Below are positions 11,851 to 24,591 of a stretch of 64,000 nt of DNA, in pieces. The position numbers and the translations under genes were made by a program. How positions within the stretch are numbered: position 1 is the first letter of the stretch; each line of letters begins with the position of its first letter. The notes under the pieces were generated by a model. The model did no database searches, was not told where the DNA came from, and saw nothing but the letters and a program-made list of their open reading frames with translations. This DNA comes from Octopus vulgaris (Eukaryota): contig OX597816.1 of NCBI GenBank assembly GCA_951406725.2, forward strand, positions 29,884,001-29,948,000. The letters run 5' to 3'.

Positions 11851-13068
11851 AACGATGTAATATTGATTTCACTTCATAATATTCTTTACATGTCTGTAAT
11901 TACTTGTGTCATACGTCATTTACATTTCATTAGATTTGATTTGATGTTTAGCACTGTCAGGTTGGCGGTGGGGGGGTGGGGGAAGAACGTTTTCTTTGGG
12001 TCCTCTTGCACCGTATTCTAGGAAAAATAAATATCTCTTATTATTGCCGAAATTAACGTAATTGTTATTGGAGACTGAAAATTTAAAAAAACAAAAAAAA
12101 ACAAAATGAGGATATTTTTTTTTTCTACAGAAATAAAAATGACTTTGAGAGATAGAAATGACAACAGTCTCAAATAAACGCTCAATTAATTTTTTTTTTT
12201 ATTTTAATTATATTTTGTTCAATTTTATTTTCTTTATTGACATGAGATACCACCTAAAGAGGCCACTAATACTGCATTATAAGTGAAATGACAGTTAATA
12301 TGAACAACTAGTTACGAACAAGTGTCATTGTTGGATATTTAATATACTGCTGCTTAGACAGCAATTGAAGCGTGCATGCTCTTGGTGATCGTTTCATCAC
12401 TACTTTTCACCAATTTATTAAGCGTGGGTTCGTCTATACCGCGCTGATGAAATCATAATGTTTCCGAAACATATCCAGGATTGTCTCCTCTTCTTTCTGA
12501 ATTGATATACTTAGTCAATGAGAGATGTTGTTTCTCTATCTCTCTCCATAGTTATTTCTGATTATTTTCTTTTTATTAAAAAGAAAATAACCATGCATTG
12601 AATTCGTTTTTGGTCAGGTATTCATGAAGTAATCAATGGGGGAAAGGGCTGCACCTATTACCTTTCTCTGCGTACAAGAAATTCATGAGAAAAAAGGGAG
12701 AAAGTTATCTTCAAACGAGACATCTGGACCTGGCCTGGGTACTTTCAAAAGAGTGATTCCGCCAAAGGTCATTAATTACGAGGTGGTGGTATTGAAACTG
12801 ACAAACTGCTTACATTTACTACCTGACAACAAGAACTCATGTACTTACTGTTAGTACAAATACATACAAATACGTACTATTTGATGTCAACTAATCATAA
12901 GATGTTTGTATGAGGCTTTGATTTCCTCATGAAACTTTGGATATGCTTTTGCTATGTTCCATTCCAAGACATTGATCTGAACAATGTTTTATGGAAGATC
13001 AGCAGTTGCTCACTCATGCAATGCTACTATATCCACAAGGTACTCTCTCACAAGGTATTGGGTCACAA

Positions 13069-13488
13069 GGCGGCGAGCTGGCAGAAACGCTTAGCGGTAT
13101 TTCGTCTGCCGTAGCGGTATTTCGTCTGCCGTTACGTTGTGAGTTCAAATTCCGCCGAGGTCGACTTTGCCTTTCATCCTTTCGGGGTCGATAAATTAAG
13201 TACCAGTTACGCACTGGGGTCGATGTAATCGTCTTAATACCTATGTCTGTCTGTCCTTGTTTGTCCCCTCTGTGTTTGGCCCCTTGTGGGTAATAAAGAA
13301 ATAGGTATTTCGTCTGCCGTTACGTTCTGAGTTCAAATTCCGACGAGGTCGACTTTGCCTTTCATCCTTTCGGGGTCAATAAATTAAGTACCAGTTACGC
13401 ACTGGGGTCGATGTAATCGACTTAATACCTATGTCTATCCTTGTTTGTCCCCTCTGTGCTTGGCCCCTTGTGGGTAATAAAGAAATAG
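13069..13488 (+). mobile_element. Family A SINE with tandemly duplicated body
   Basis: One head, body repeated twice, flanking direct repeat AGGTATTGGGTCA (13053-13065, 13487-13499). Confidence 0.9.
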
Positions 13489-15095
13489 GTATTGGGTCAT
13501 TTTTTGATGAAACAAACGTGTATCGCCACCTTTAAAATGTTGGTGAATATCGATGTATAAAGATGTTGAAGAAATTATGGGATTCGACAAAAGAGTTGCT
13601 CTACAGAGTTCGAATTATCTTTTACCTCGAAACAAGGGACATGAAACTTTTGGAATATATTTCCGTGAAGTTATTCTGAAATCTTTAAGAAAATACATTC
13701 AATACATTCGAGATGCTTTCTGTAGCTGTTGATGTTTAGTACCAGATCGACACAACGAGAAAACCTATTATCAAAGTTTCTCGGCCATAACAGCAGTGTC
13801 TTTTTATAGTTAATCTCGAACCGCTTCCTCTAGTTTATTCTTTCTTTTTTAGGACAGCAAGATGTGATTTGAGAGAAACTTAACCATTGTTTTTGCAGGG
13901 TGAGCAACCAAGTTGAATCTCCCACGGTGGTTTGACATTCGGTAGAATATAACGACAATAAACATTAGTATTTTAGTCTGGAATAACTCAAAAGTCTTGA
14001 TCTCACATCCTGTTCTCTCTTTAATCAAACATTTATCGAGTTTATAATTAGTAATGAATATGTCAAGTTTATTTTAAAGAGAAAGTTCCTTTATATTTAT
14101 GGATTCCGAGATCAGCAAGATTGAGTGAGGTCACTGCTTTATTAAATTTTGTGCAATTCAAATAGTATTTTAAGATAAAAGTAGTGAAAATATAAAAGAG
14201 ATACAACACCCTGAAATTTTGGTGATGGACGGAATAGTTAATCATATCAACGTCAGCATTTCGCTGGTCCTTAATTTGTCCACTTGGATGAATGTAAAAT
14301 GAAGTCGATCTTTGTGGGATTTGGACTCAGAAATGCAAATTAGGGTGACTAAATACTGTTTAGGATTGTATCGGCAAACCTGACGATTCTGCTCATAGAC
14401 CTTCCTTTTATAGATATATAATTTGGCAACTATTATTGCTTTATAGCAATATATTTAATACCAAAACGACCGATTGTTTTGTCATTCCCATTGCGGTTAT
14501 TGATGCTGTTGCTTAACATTAAATCAGTCCTGATCAAGCGGACACTTCAATCAGAGACGATCATTCCACTTGTGATTATCTGTGACAGAAAATTTTACAT
14601 GTAGTGAATTTAATAATCCCCTCTTCAGACGGTAAGCGTGTGTAAGTAAGGTGTATAATTTAAAGTAGGTTTTGGCTGTAATTTCTTGTATAGAAAACTG
14701 TAAGAAGAGTTGGAAAAATCATTCTGAATAATACAGCCAACTATCACCTGTGAACAAGTATGACTTGATAGCATGTACTGTGTTTTCAATTTTATAACCG
14801 AAATTCAAAATTCAGCCGTATAGATTTCACCAGTTCAATGTTTGATAATGCGGAACATCCAATAATATACTGGTGTGATTCAATTGACATTACACTTTAC
14901 ATAGGAAAATAAGAATCTTTTATGCGAATACTTGGTTGCAAGTCTTTCAATGATTATGGGATAAAAGACATGTGATATTACTATTTAATTGCAGATTAAA
15001 CCGAGTCAAGAAAATTTATGTTTTAAACTATTCAAAGTGTATGCATTTTGTCTTTACATCTTTTATTCCGACATAATGCATCTAAGACTTCATTA

Positions 15096-15973
15096 CGAGG
15101 GGGTACCCAAAAGTAACCGAAAACGATCTCCGTGGGACAAGCCCGTTGTAGTTAGGGCTTCCATCGTTAGAAGCCACTTGATGCGACCCTCAGGCATCAG
15201 TCAGACGACCTGCATCGTCTATTGAGGTCGTACTGCCACGTAGTATCTCTTAGTTTCGCAGTACTTCTACCCTGTTCGTCGATTTTTATGATTGCTGAAA
15301 CGAAGGAACAGCATGCTTCCGGGAAATTCTGCTGTAGAAAACGACGGCCGAAACAGTTGTCATGCTTCAAACAGCTTGTAAGGACGCTACCATGAGCAGA
15401 ATACAAGTTTGCGAGTGGTTTCTATACTTTAGGAATGGCCACTTGTCGCTTGAAGATCAACCTCGTTCAGGGCGACCTTCGACCTCTCGAATGAATGAAA
15501 GCATCATAAAAGTTCATGATCTGATTTTGGAGGACTACCACTGAACAATTGATGAATTTTTTTATATGATTGCTGTGTCCTGGAGCTCCTGCTAACGTAT
15601 TTTTTGAGCGAGGAATTGCGAATGGGAAGAGTTTCAGCAAAATTTGTGCCTCGCTTGCTCAGGGAAGATCAAAAGCAGTCACGACTGAATGCGTGTCGTG
15701 AACTGGATAAACAACTGGAAGTTGATCCGGACCTTTTTTCGAAGGTCGTCACTGTTGAGGAAATTTGCAGTTGTGGAATTTGCAGTTGTGGAAGAGATGA
15801 AGAAAAAAACGATGGATGCGTCACTTTGCAAGTGTTCCAGCATTGCTTCAAACAGTGGAAAACGCGTCTGGACTTCAAATGGAAAAGACTTTGAAGCGAT
15901 AAAAGTGTAAACGTGTAAAACTAAGTGAATAAAATGGCATTACAAAATTCTGGTTTCTTTTCGGTATTCCTCG
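15096..15973 (+). mobile_element. Mariner transposon relic, internally deleted
   Basis: TA flanks; TIRs CGAGGGGGTACCCAAAAGTAACC / GGTTTCTTTTCGGTATTCCTCG; fragments EWF..F..G..SLEDQPRSGRP, SAKFVPRLL, FQHCFKQWKTR; stops and frameshifts. Confidence 0.9.
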
Positions 15974-17131
15974 TATCTAATGTATTATTGCTTCTTCTTC
16001 AAGACGCCAGGCCATCATTTGAAGGAAATTTGACAGCTTTTCCTAGCAAGGCGAGCATCTCTTATAGAGAATATCACTTTTTTTCCCCTGTATATTTTTA
16101 TTGTTTAACTTCAAGTCAATCCTGAAAACTTTTGAGGATAAATCGATCCATTCCTGAGTATCATATTTTTAGACATGGTATATCCAGACTTACATCCTCC
16201 AGTAAGTCTTTTTATTTTGAGCATTAGAAACAATAAGGGAAACTCTTTTCAGTTTATTATTCTGCAAGTTATTGCAGTCAGATATCCCTCAAATTACACC
16301 CAGCTACTAGGTGAATGTACAAGTTTATATGAATATAGTGTAAGTGAATGAAAACAAGCCATGGCGTCGTTATTCAGTCCGCAGTTCGGTGGTGAATACA
16401 TGCTGTTTATTAAAATCAGACTATTATCTGATTTTTCTTGGGTGGATTCTTATCTTTCAGTGAGTAATGTCGGGAAAATCTTGGCAATTTAACCTAAATA
16501 ATGCTAGTTATTTTTTATACTACACTCACTTGAACTTCGAAATTTCGTCTTCCAGTATTCTCATGAGACTATATCGAATCGATATTTGGAAATTTAATCA
16601 TGTTTTCTTATTTTTTTGTGGTGGAAATTTTTGAAGAATATTTTAAAGTTTATGTCAGTTTTAATCGCTGATCATGAAACTAACTTTTCCTCTTACAAAG
16701 GTCATTGATGTGTTTTCGGAGTGGCTGCAGGTAACTTAGCATCACTTTTGGGGATAGTTGATCAATTAATTTCTGTGGTAAATTTCCCTGAAATGTAAGA
16801 TAATGAGAAAATTACGATTTGAACGTATAACGTAATAAAATATACAAGTAAAGCAAACACAATATTGATTTCAGATAATAGGAATAAAGATCAAAATATT
16901 GTGAAGAAAACAAGAAAAGACAGAATTGCTGTAACTATGAAAGGTTTAAAATAATGTTTAGAAATATAAAAAGAGAACAAACATGTTAACATAGAATTTT
17001 CTGTTTTGTAAAGTATGTTGTCTGGTCCAGTGGAGCGGAATATTTAATAAAAACAACATGATCTAAGACAGTTTCAAATATCTAAGAGGATTTTAGTTTA
17101 AGTATGTGTGTGTTTGTGCTTGCGTGTATAT

Positions 17132-17231
17132 NNNNNNNNNNNNNNNNNNNNNNNNNNNNNNNNNNNNNNNNNNNNNNNNNNNNNNNNNNNNNNNNNNNNN
17201 NNNNNNNNNNNNNNNNNNNNNNNNNNNNNNN
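17132..17231. other. Assembly gap (100 N)
   Basis: Run of N. Confidence 0.99.
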
Positions 17232-18020
17232 GAGTCTAAGTGGTCACTCAGTGGAATTTGTCGGTATTCCGGGAGATTTATTTGTTCTTTATGCACCGTT
17301 ACTCGTTTACGTAACGGGAGACTCGTTTGTCCCACATAATTATGTTGGCAACCAGCGCATGTGAGAACGTAGATAAGGTTCTCGGAGGAACAGGAGAAGT
17401 TAGTCTTGATTTTAAACTTCGTACCTTGTTTGAAGGTAAATTCAGAGCCTTCAAGTAGAAAGGGGCAGGTACCACAGTTTGAGCGTGCACATTTTTTTAC
17501 TGTTGGGGATGGATGTGGTGTGTGAAGTTTGGCATTTGTCAAGAGTTTTTTTTAAAGATTTGTGTTGCCTTTTGCATTTGAGGATTTTGTGTGTATTTAT
17601 AATGTTTTTCATTTTTGGGTCTGTTGACAGTAGACTGAGGTTTTGTATGATTGTGGTGTATGCTTCGCTATTTTTGGGGTTGTGGGTGGAAATGTATGGA
17701 AGTATTTTGAGGTTGTGTGTGGTGTTAGGTTGGGTGGTTTTCAGTGTAGTGTTGTCTAGTTCTTTGGCGCGTTTTATTCCATACTCTATAAGGGTGGAGG
17801 GATATTGACGTTGTAATAGTGTTTTTTTGAGGTCTTGAAGGCGTATTTCTCGTGTTTTTGGATCCGAGACAATGGTGCATACCCTTTTAGCTAAATTGAA
17901 AGGGATATTTGTCTTGGTGTGTTTTGGGTGGCATGAACTAAAGAGGAGGTATTGTTGTGAGTCTGTAGGTTTGTGGTAGATGTCTGTTATGATTTGGTTC
18001 TTAGGTGTTTTTATAATTAG
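17232..18020 (-). mobile_element. Neptune-like Penelope element fragment: RT thumb, Zn linker, GIY-YIG
   Basis: TDIYHKPTDSQQYLLFSSCHPKH...IPFNLAKR; KCARSNCGTC; NLIYVLTCAGCQHNYVGQT...R...H; one frameshift in an A run near 17545; cut by the gap. Confidence 0.9.
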
Positions 18021-18073
18021 GAGATTCTTTTTTTCCCCTTTCTAATTTTCAAAAAAACTTCTTAAAACATAAA

Positions 18074-18114
18074 TATTCTTGACAAGTCATACATTGACGA
18101 AAACCGGTTGAATA
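18074..18114 (+). ncRNA. Variant hammerhead (UUGACAA core) in the inverted terminal repeat beside the Neptune fragment
   Basis: TATTC-TTGACAA-GTCA tacat TGAC-GAAA(A)-CCGG-TT-GAATA; one extra A after GAAA. Confidence 0.6.
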
Positions 18115-18252
18115 AATATATATATTTATATATTTTATCATTTTCTCATTTTATTAAAATTTTATTTCATTTGAGCATTCTGCATTTTTAAAAAATTTTT
18201 CCTTACTTATCATTTCTCCACGTGCGGTCAACACAACCCCACCATTTATTGA

Positions 18253-18283
<31 letters not shown>

Positions 18284-18293
18284 TTATTTATAT

Positions 18294-18344
<51 letters not shown>

Positions 18345-18439
18345 GTATGTATGTATGTATATATATATATACGTATTTATGCATTATTTACATTCAACAG
18401 ATACTTGTCGGGCAATTATGGAGTGAATTTTAGGGCTTA

Positions 18440-19110
18440 TAAATCTAATATTCTCCTGCCCTTCTTTAATACCGGTTCCCATATGCTATTCATATCTGCA
18501 TTCAGTCTGCTTAGGAGGTTGTTGTGTCCTAACATATGTGCTGCTTCTTTTAGTTTTCATATTTTCCAGTGTAGTTCTCTCTCTATTATGTTAAGTTCAT
18601 TCCACAGTGGGAGATGGTCTCTATTTTTCCATACATGATCAGCTATACCCGATTTATCAATATTTCCTCGTGTCACAGCTTTGCGATGTTTGTCTACCCT
18701 TGTTTTGAAGGGGTGGCATGTTTCGCTTTTGTATAACCTACCACAGCTGCATAGGATGAAGTACACGCAGTCTTTGGTCATATTCTCTTCTATTGATGGT
18801 TTTACCCGAAGGAGATATGTGCGAAGTGTTGTATTACTTTTGAATACTGTCTTGATGTCATATAGGCCGCATACCTTTTGTATCTCTTTCGAAGAGGCCT
18901 TTCACATAGGGTAAACAAACTGTGGACAGTTTATTGGCCTCATCCTCTCTCTTCTTCATAACTGGAGTCGATAGTGTACTTTGGGGATAGTTGTTGCTTA
19001 ACAGATCGTTATTGAGCTTGATCATTTCTTCGTGGTGTGTATCACGATTGCTACTTATATAATTTGTACTATGTTTTAGGCACTGAGCAAAAAGCACGAT
19101 GAGAACAATA
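18440..19110 (-). mobile_element. Penelope/Poseidon-like element 3' fragment with GIY-YIG
   Basis: LLSNNYP...VCLPYVKGL...CVYFILCSCGRLYKSETCHPFKTRVDKH...SGIADHVW...KLKEA; decayed. Confidence 0.88.
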
Positions 19111-19111
19111 T

Positions 19112-19605
19112 CCATTGAGTGCAAATAATGTAAACAATGTAAATAATGCACGTAATTCCTCATCTTTTAAATATAGAACTGTATTATCTAATCGGTACGG
19201 AGCCGACATTAGACTTCAATGGAGATATATAGAGAAACTCCATCAAAAACTAGCTCATCTTTCAAACCATCTAACTTTCTTATGTAGATGTAGAGACTTG
19301 GCTTGAATATAATGACACCAATCGATTATTCACATAAAGCTAAAAGAGTAACGGAAAGGACAGGACATGCCCTCGTCCGTGAGCGGACCCATTACAACCG
19401 CTGGAAAAACATGAATTAAATAACGAAATCAAAGACAGGTTATCTTCATTACTTAGAAAAACAACCAGCGATGATGATAGAAAGGGATTCCAACAAGATC
19501 TGGAAAAGTCGTACAAGAAAGAATTTGCAAGAATTTGAAGAAATGCCAGATTAAGAAGTTTATGAAAATCATAGGTCAGAGAATGAAGACTGAAATCCGT
19601 CACCC
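19112..19605 (+). mobile_element. Penelope terminal-repeat tail plus N-terminal ORF fragment, inverted relative to 18440-19110
   Basis: RYGADIRLQWRYIEKLHQKLAHLSNHLTFLCRCRD...ALVRER...QIKKF resembles PLE N-termini; first 70 bp shared with 19764-19827. Confidence 0.75.
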
Positions 19606-19607
19606 GC

Positions 19608-19827
19608 GGTCATATGGCATAGTGGTTAAGAGCGCGGGCTACTAACCTCAATACCTTAGGAATGAGAACCCAGCTTCGAAATTTCCCCCAAGACACCTGA
19701 AGAAAGCTGGAGGGTATATCAGCCGAAACGTTTTGTTAACAACAAACAAGATGAAGACACATTTCCGTTGAATGTAAATAATGTAAATAATGCACATAAT
19801 TCTTCATCTCTTAAATATAGAACTGTA
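19608..19827 (+). mobile_element. tRNA-like head joined to a Penelope terminal repeat with a minimal HHR (19692-19737)
   Basis: A box TGGCATAGTGG then TTAAGAGCGCGGGCTACTAACC; CTGAAGA-A-AGCTGG..TCAGCC-GAAA-CG-TT; 3' end matches 19112-19183. Confidence 0.72.
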
Positions 19828-19833
19828 TATACG

Positions 19834-19894
<61 letters not shown>

Positions 19895-19957
19895 ATATAT
19901 ATGTATATATATGTATGATATGTATTTATGTGTATATATATATATATATATATATAC

Positions 19958-21040
19958 GTAATGGAAATAGCTAACTCCATTCACCAAAGTTTCAAGATAA
20001 CTGTAGATTACCCCACTAAGCACCCCAACAATAGACTCCTCGTATTGATACTGAACTTTGGTTAGAGACAGTGAACAATAGACTGCAGCTCCTCCACTCC
20101 TATTACATGAAACCTATAGCTTCAAAATATGTTGTTCACAAGAACTCATCTTTGTCACACAACATGAAAATTAATATACTGATAGCAGACTTAGTTAGGA
20201 TAATGAACAACGTGTCCCTACTATGCGAACGCTATGAAATGAGAAAGCATATACAAAACTTCATGCGCAGCATGCGGTTTTCTGGATATGATCAGAAAGA
20301 TAGGGTTCGAGTATACAGGGGTGCTAGTAGGAAATTAGATAACATTATACATAATGATACAAGTGGTACCTGCCCTAGATATAGAAACAAAGACTGGAAT
20401 TGGATACAAAGAAATTGTGACAAAACAAACAGGGCGAACACGTGGTATAAAACTGACAAATATCGGGGAGTGATGTTTGTAGAGGCCACAGCCCATGGAG
20501 AATTAGCCCGTAGATTTAGAAAAGCTCTGAAGGAGACCAAACTCAACATTAAGATTGTTGAAAAGCCAGGGAACTCCGTCAGATCACAAATATGTAGGAC
20601 GTACCCCTTTGAGAATACCATATGCACTAATGATAACTGCATGATATGTAGGATTAGCTCTGGCATTAACTGTAGAACTAGAAATGTAGATTACAGCATA
20701 AGATGCATAGAAGGTGCTTGTAAAGACATGAACATGACGCACATAGAGGAGACATCTAGGAGCATTGCGTAACGACAAAATGAACATCTGAGACAATATG
20801 ACAACAAAAAACAGTCCTCCATACTCTACCAGCATGCCAAAGACCACCATGGAGGCAACTTGGGTCAACTTGATATCCGCATCATATCCAAGCACCCAAA
20901 AGACCCAACACTCAGACAAGTACGGGAGTACGTCCGTATAAATGAAACTTCCCTAATACTAAATAGGAAATATACATAGTAGATATCATACCCCCATACC
21001 CACAGTTTACACAGGTAGAGTAGAATAGTTAGTAGACTGT
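19958..21040 (+). mobile_element. Naiad-like Penelope element, 5'-truncated (RT C-terminus plus GIY-YIG)
   Basis: IANSIH...VDYP..HPNNRL; YYMKPIASKYVVHKNSSLS...K; SGY; WY..MFVEAT; CTNDNCMIC...C...YSIRC...C...ETSRSIA*RQNEH...RQVRE...LNRK; microsatellites on both sides. Confidence 0.75.
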
Positions 21041-22211
21041 TATGTAGATAGATGTATGTATGTGTGTGTGTCTTTGTATGAGTGTGTGACAATCACACTT
21101 AGCCATTTGTAACAGATTATATCACCTTCTACACGTATTTCGGGAACATAATCGTAATGAATAATTTCAATATTGAAAAACTCTTGAACGTTAATGTCTG
21201 TTTGTGTTTGTTGTCTGTGTTTGTCCCCCATCACCAGTTGATAGCAGGTGTTGGTGTGTTTTCGTCCCTGTAACTTGGGGGTTCGGCAAAAGAGAATAAT
21301 ATAAGTACCAAGCTTAAACAACAACATATATACATACATCTGTGTGTGTTTATGTGTGAGTATATGCGTGTATGTGTATAGTTTTATAACTCATTGTATA
21401 TACGTACATTTTTAGATTAAGCCACAATTTTTCACGTAAGTTGCTGAAATTTTCTCTATTATACATCTTTTCAGACAGAAGTCATAGAATATGTGATATA
21501 AATTTATTAATAATGGAGATTGTAGACTTACTGTTGACGGAAATGGATTTGTATTGAAAAAGGAAAAGTGATAGGAAATTAGCTTGAGTATATTTAAGTG
21601 GTGGTCTGGGGAAACAGTTATGATAACTCTTATCCTGTGTTGATATTCACTGTCCATTTATGTAGGCACGTATGTACGTATGTGTAGATGTATGTGGGCA
21701 TGCAAATAGAGGAAATTGATTTTAAATGTCTATAAATATCGGAAATGGTCTCTGAATAAGTGTTTTCAGAGAATATTAGTATTCATCGGATTTCAAATAT
21801 GTCATTTGCAGGTATTTGATAGTCTTGCGCTAATTTTCAGAAACGCGCACATTTGCTTCGCGGTATTGAATAACTTCTCTCTGTACACTTTTTGTGTGTG
21901 AAAATAGGGCGAGATTTATATGACTAGGGCAGTATCAATCATTGAAGTGGGCGAAATTAAACTAAATGACTTGTGGCTGATAGTCATGCGTTGGCTAATT
22001 CCAACTTAGTAAACTTCAGTACACGTTCTCTTTGTTAATTTCTATAAAAGAATGTAAGTTTATGTTTTGCTCTAGAAGACGGAAGTGGTGTCTATCATTG
22101 AAGAGATCAAATTAAATCGAAACGCAGGTGTCTGATATTTCTCTGATGTCATTTGCAACACGTGTTTTTACATAAAAATTCTACAAATGTTGTTCTCCGA
22201 AACAATAACAC

Positions 22212-22257
<46 letters not shown>

Positions 22258-23532
22258 ATACATACATACACACAAACATATATGCTTACGTACACGCCCC
22301 CCCCACACACACACAGATTATGTACCTTGGCAAAGTAAATATTTTTCACCCCCTCTCAAAACCCAAAGCATATATTCTTTCATTTTCCCTTTTCAGAATA
22401 TACTTCCCTCACTCGTACGCTACAATCGTGTTCATTCTCAAAATGTTATATACTTACGTATTAATATGTGTACATGTGCTCACTATAAGAACTGCGCAAA
22501 TACACATCAGTGCAAAAGTGTGTGTTTGATATGTATATCTTCCCTATATATCTAACGCTTGTGTGTATGGGAATGTAGGTGTATGTTTCTGTATGCATGT
22601 CTGTATGCTTGTATGCTACCTGCGCATGAAAAAATTTTTTTTTTAATTTTTGTTGCCTCATAATGAAGCGGCGCTATTTGACGCATGCAGCTATAATAGA
22701 ATTTTTTTTTTTTTTTGAGGGGTGTCTTTGAAGTTTATAGGGCACAGAAATTGGAAGATATTTCGAGATAAAGGGCTCAAGTTTAAGAGTACAGTTGTAG
22801 AAACATTTTATTGTGCTCACAATGTACTGCTTTCCCTAAAATTACTGTGCACGCAATCAGAAGACAAACTCTAGATTTTAATCATATATGGTGACAAATA
22901 ATATATGAAATCTACTTTACATATTGAGTTATTTTTCACTCGCTGGCATAAACTCTATGAGGAGAGCAGGGAGGATGAGAAGGCAAATCCAGTCTACATA
23001 TGTTTCCAAGTCAATCTAAACATGTTTTATGTAACACGTAACACATAAATACAACCTAGCTTTTCCCCAGTTCTAATTACTCGCGGTTGCAATCCATCGT
23101 TGCAAATAAAAAATTGAATACTACACTAATTTAACCACACCAGGATGATAGATAGAAATATTTAGAACAAATGACCAATGAAATTCATTGCCAACAGGAA
23201 GACAACATTCAAGAGGAGAGACTAGAAATTGTGCAATTAGACGTGACAGTTAAATAATTTATAATGTCTAGAATACAAAAAACTAACATGTATATATAAC
23301 CGTTACATGTAAAGAATATATATATAAATATATAAGAAACGAAACAGAAAAGGCACATAGAAAGAGCACGTACAGAATAAAAGGATTATATACACATATA
23401 TAAACATATAATTTATACCAACATGCATAAAATATAGAATATAACAATGAGTATAAACCAGACAGTATTTCAAAGGAAGAAACTGGTTCATATAAAAAGT
23501 AAAGAAAACCCAAAGAAAATATACATATATAA

Positions 23533-23588
<56 letters not shown>

Positions 23589-23595
<7 letters not shown>

Positions 23596-24193
23596 CAAAA
23601 TAAGCAACAAGAATATCTTCGGTAATTTGGTACGATCGTTTCACGCTACATCATTTTATTAAACATTGTAAGTATTACAACAGTTTTAAAATATTGAGCA
23701 ATCATCAGCCATTTATAGAGGTTTTCCATCAATACATATACTTATTTTCATGTTAATTGGTAACATTATAAAGAGGCTAGATATATAGACAAAGATGTTG
23801 ATTTGAATGTTAAGAACATTAAGGTATTAGAATTTATCTTCTGACTGAAGAATATTCTTTAAGTTATTTTGAACTGCTAGAAAGGGGGGAGTGATATTCT
23901 GTTGAATGGAAACAAAAGAGAGCTTCTATTTATAGAAGTAGGTAGGGGTGAAATAAATGTCAAAAGTTATTCCTAAACAAAATTAAAGTGGAAAGGGGAT
24001 TATATTGTCTTAGAGTTTACTCCTACATGAAAATAAGTATATGTATTGATGGAAAATTGATGGAAAATAAATGGCTGATGATTGCTTAACATTTTAAAAC
24101 TATTGTAATACTAACAATGTTTAATAAAATGATGTAGCGTGAAATGATCGTACCAAATTACCGAAGATATTCTTGTTGCTTATTTTGATTATA
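23589..24193. repeat. Inverted repeat with ~165-bp arms, each carrying an HHR-like motif
   Basis: 23589-23753 is the reverse complement of 24025-24193; HHR-like motifs 23628-23711 (-) and 24072-24155 (+): TGG-CTGATGA...GAAA-(C/T)GATCG-TA-CCA. Confidence 0.85.
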
Positions 24194-24283
24194 ATCACCC
24201 TATGGATTTATATGGATAACACCGTACAAAATTCTGGTGCATCTAATTTAAGTACCACGTTCATTTGAATCTAAATTTTGCTG

Positions 24284-24364
<81 letters not shown>

Positions 24365-24552
24365 GTTTCTATGTATGTATGTTTATATATAGGTGAGAAA
24401 GTTGGTGTGTGAAAGCACGTGGTTGGATGTATAAAAAATAGAAAAGAGTGAAAAAAACTACACAAGGCTTGTTTTATAAGGTTAAAGAATATATTTAAGT
24501 CGTTATATTAGAAAAATGTTATAAAATTTTGTGTATAGTAACATAGATTTTG

Positions 24553-24591
24553 GAGAAATAACCGGTTTCGGGTAAACTTTTCAAATTTCTC
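24553..24591 (-). ncRNA. Minimal variant hammerhead (UUGAAAA core) downstream of a Neptune GIY-YIG
   Basis: Minus strand GAGAAAT-TTGAAAA-GtttaccC-GAAA-CCGG-TT-ATTTCTC: 7-bp stem I, 1-bp stem II, palindromic stem III. Confidence 0.62.

Noticed and set aside
11143-12021. 292-aa Leu/Pro/Cys-rich ORF
   Set aside because: Made of CTA/CCA/TGT trinucleotide repeats.
12440-12480. CTGATGA...GAAACATATC hammerhead-like motif
   Set aside because: Stems I and II do not pair properly; at best a decayed relic.
20770-20772. Selenocysteine recoding in the Naiad-like ORF
   Set aside because: The stop is TAA at a likely Glu position, not TGA at a Cys position.
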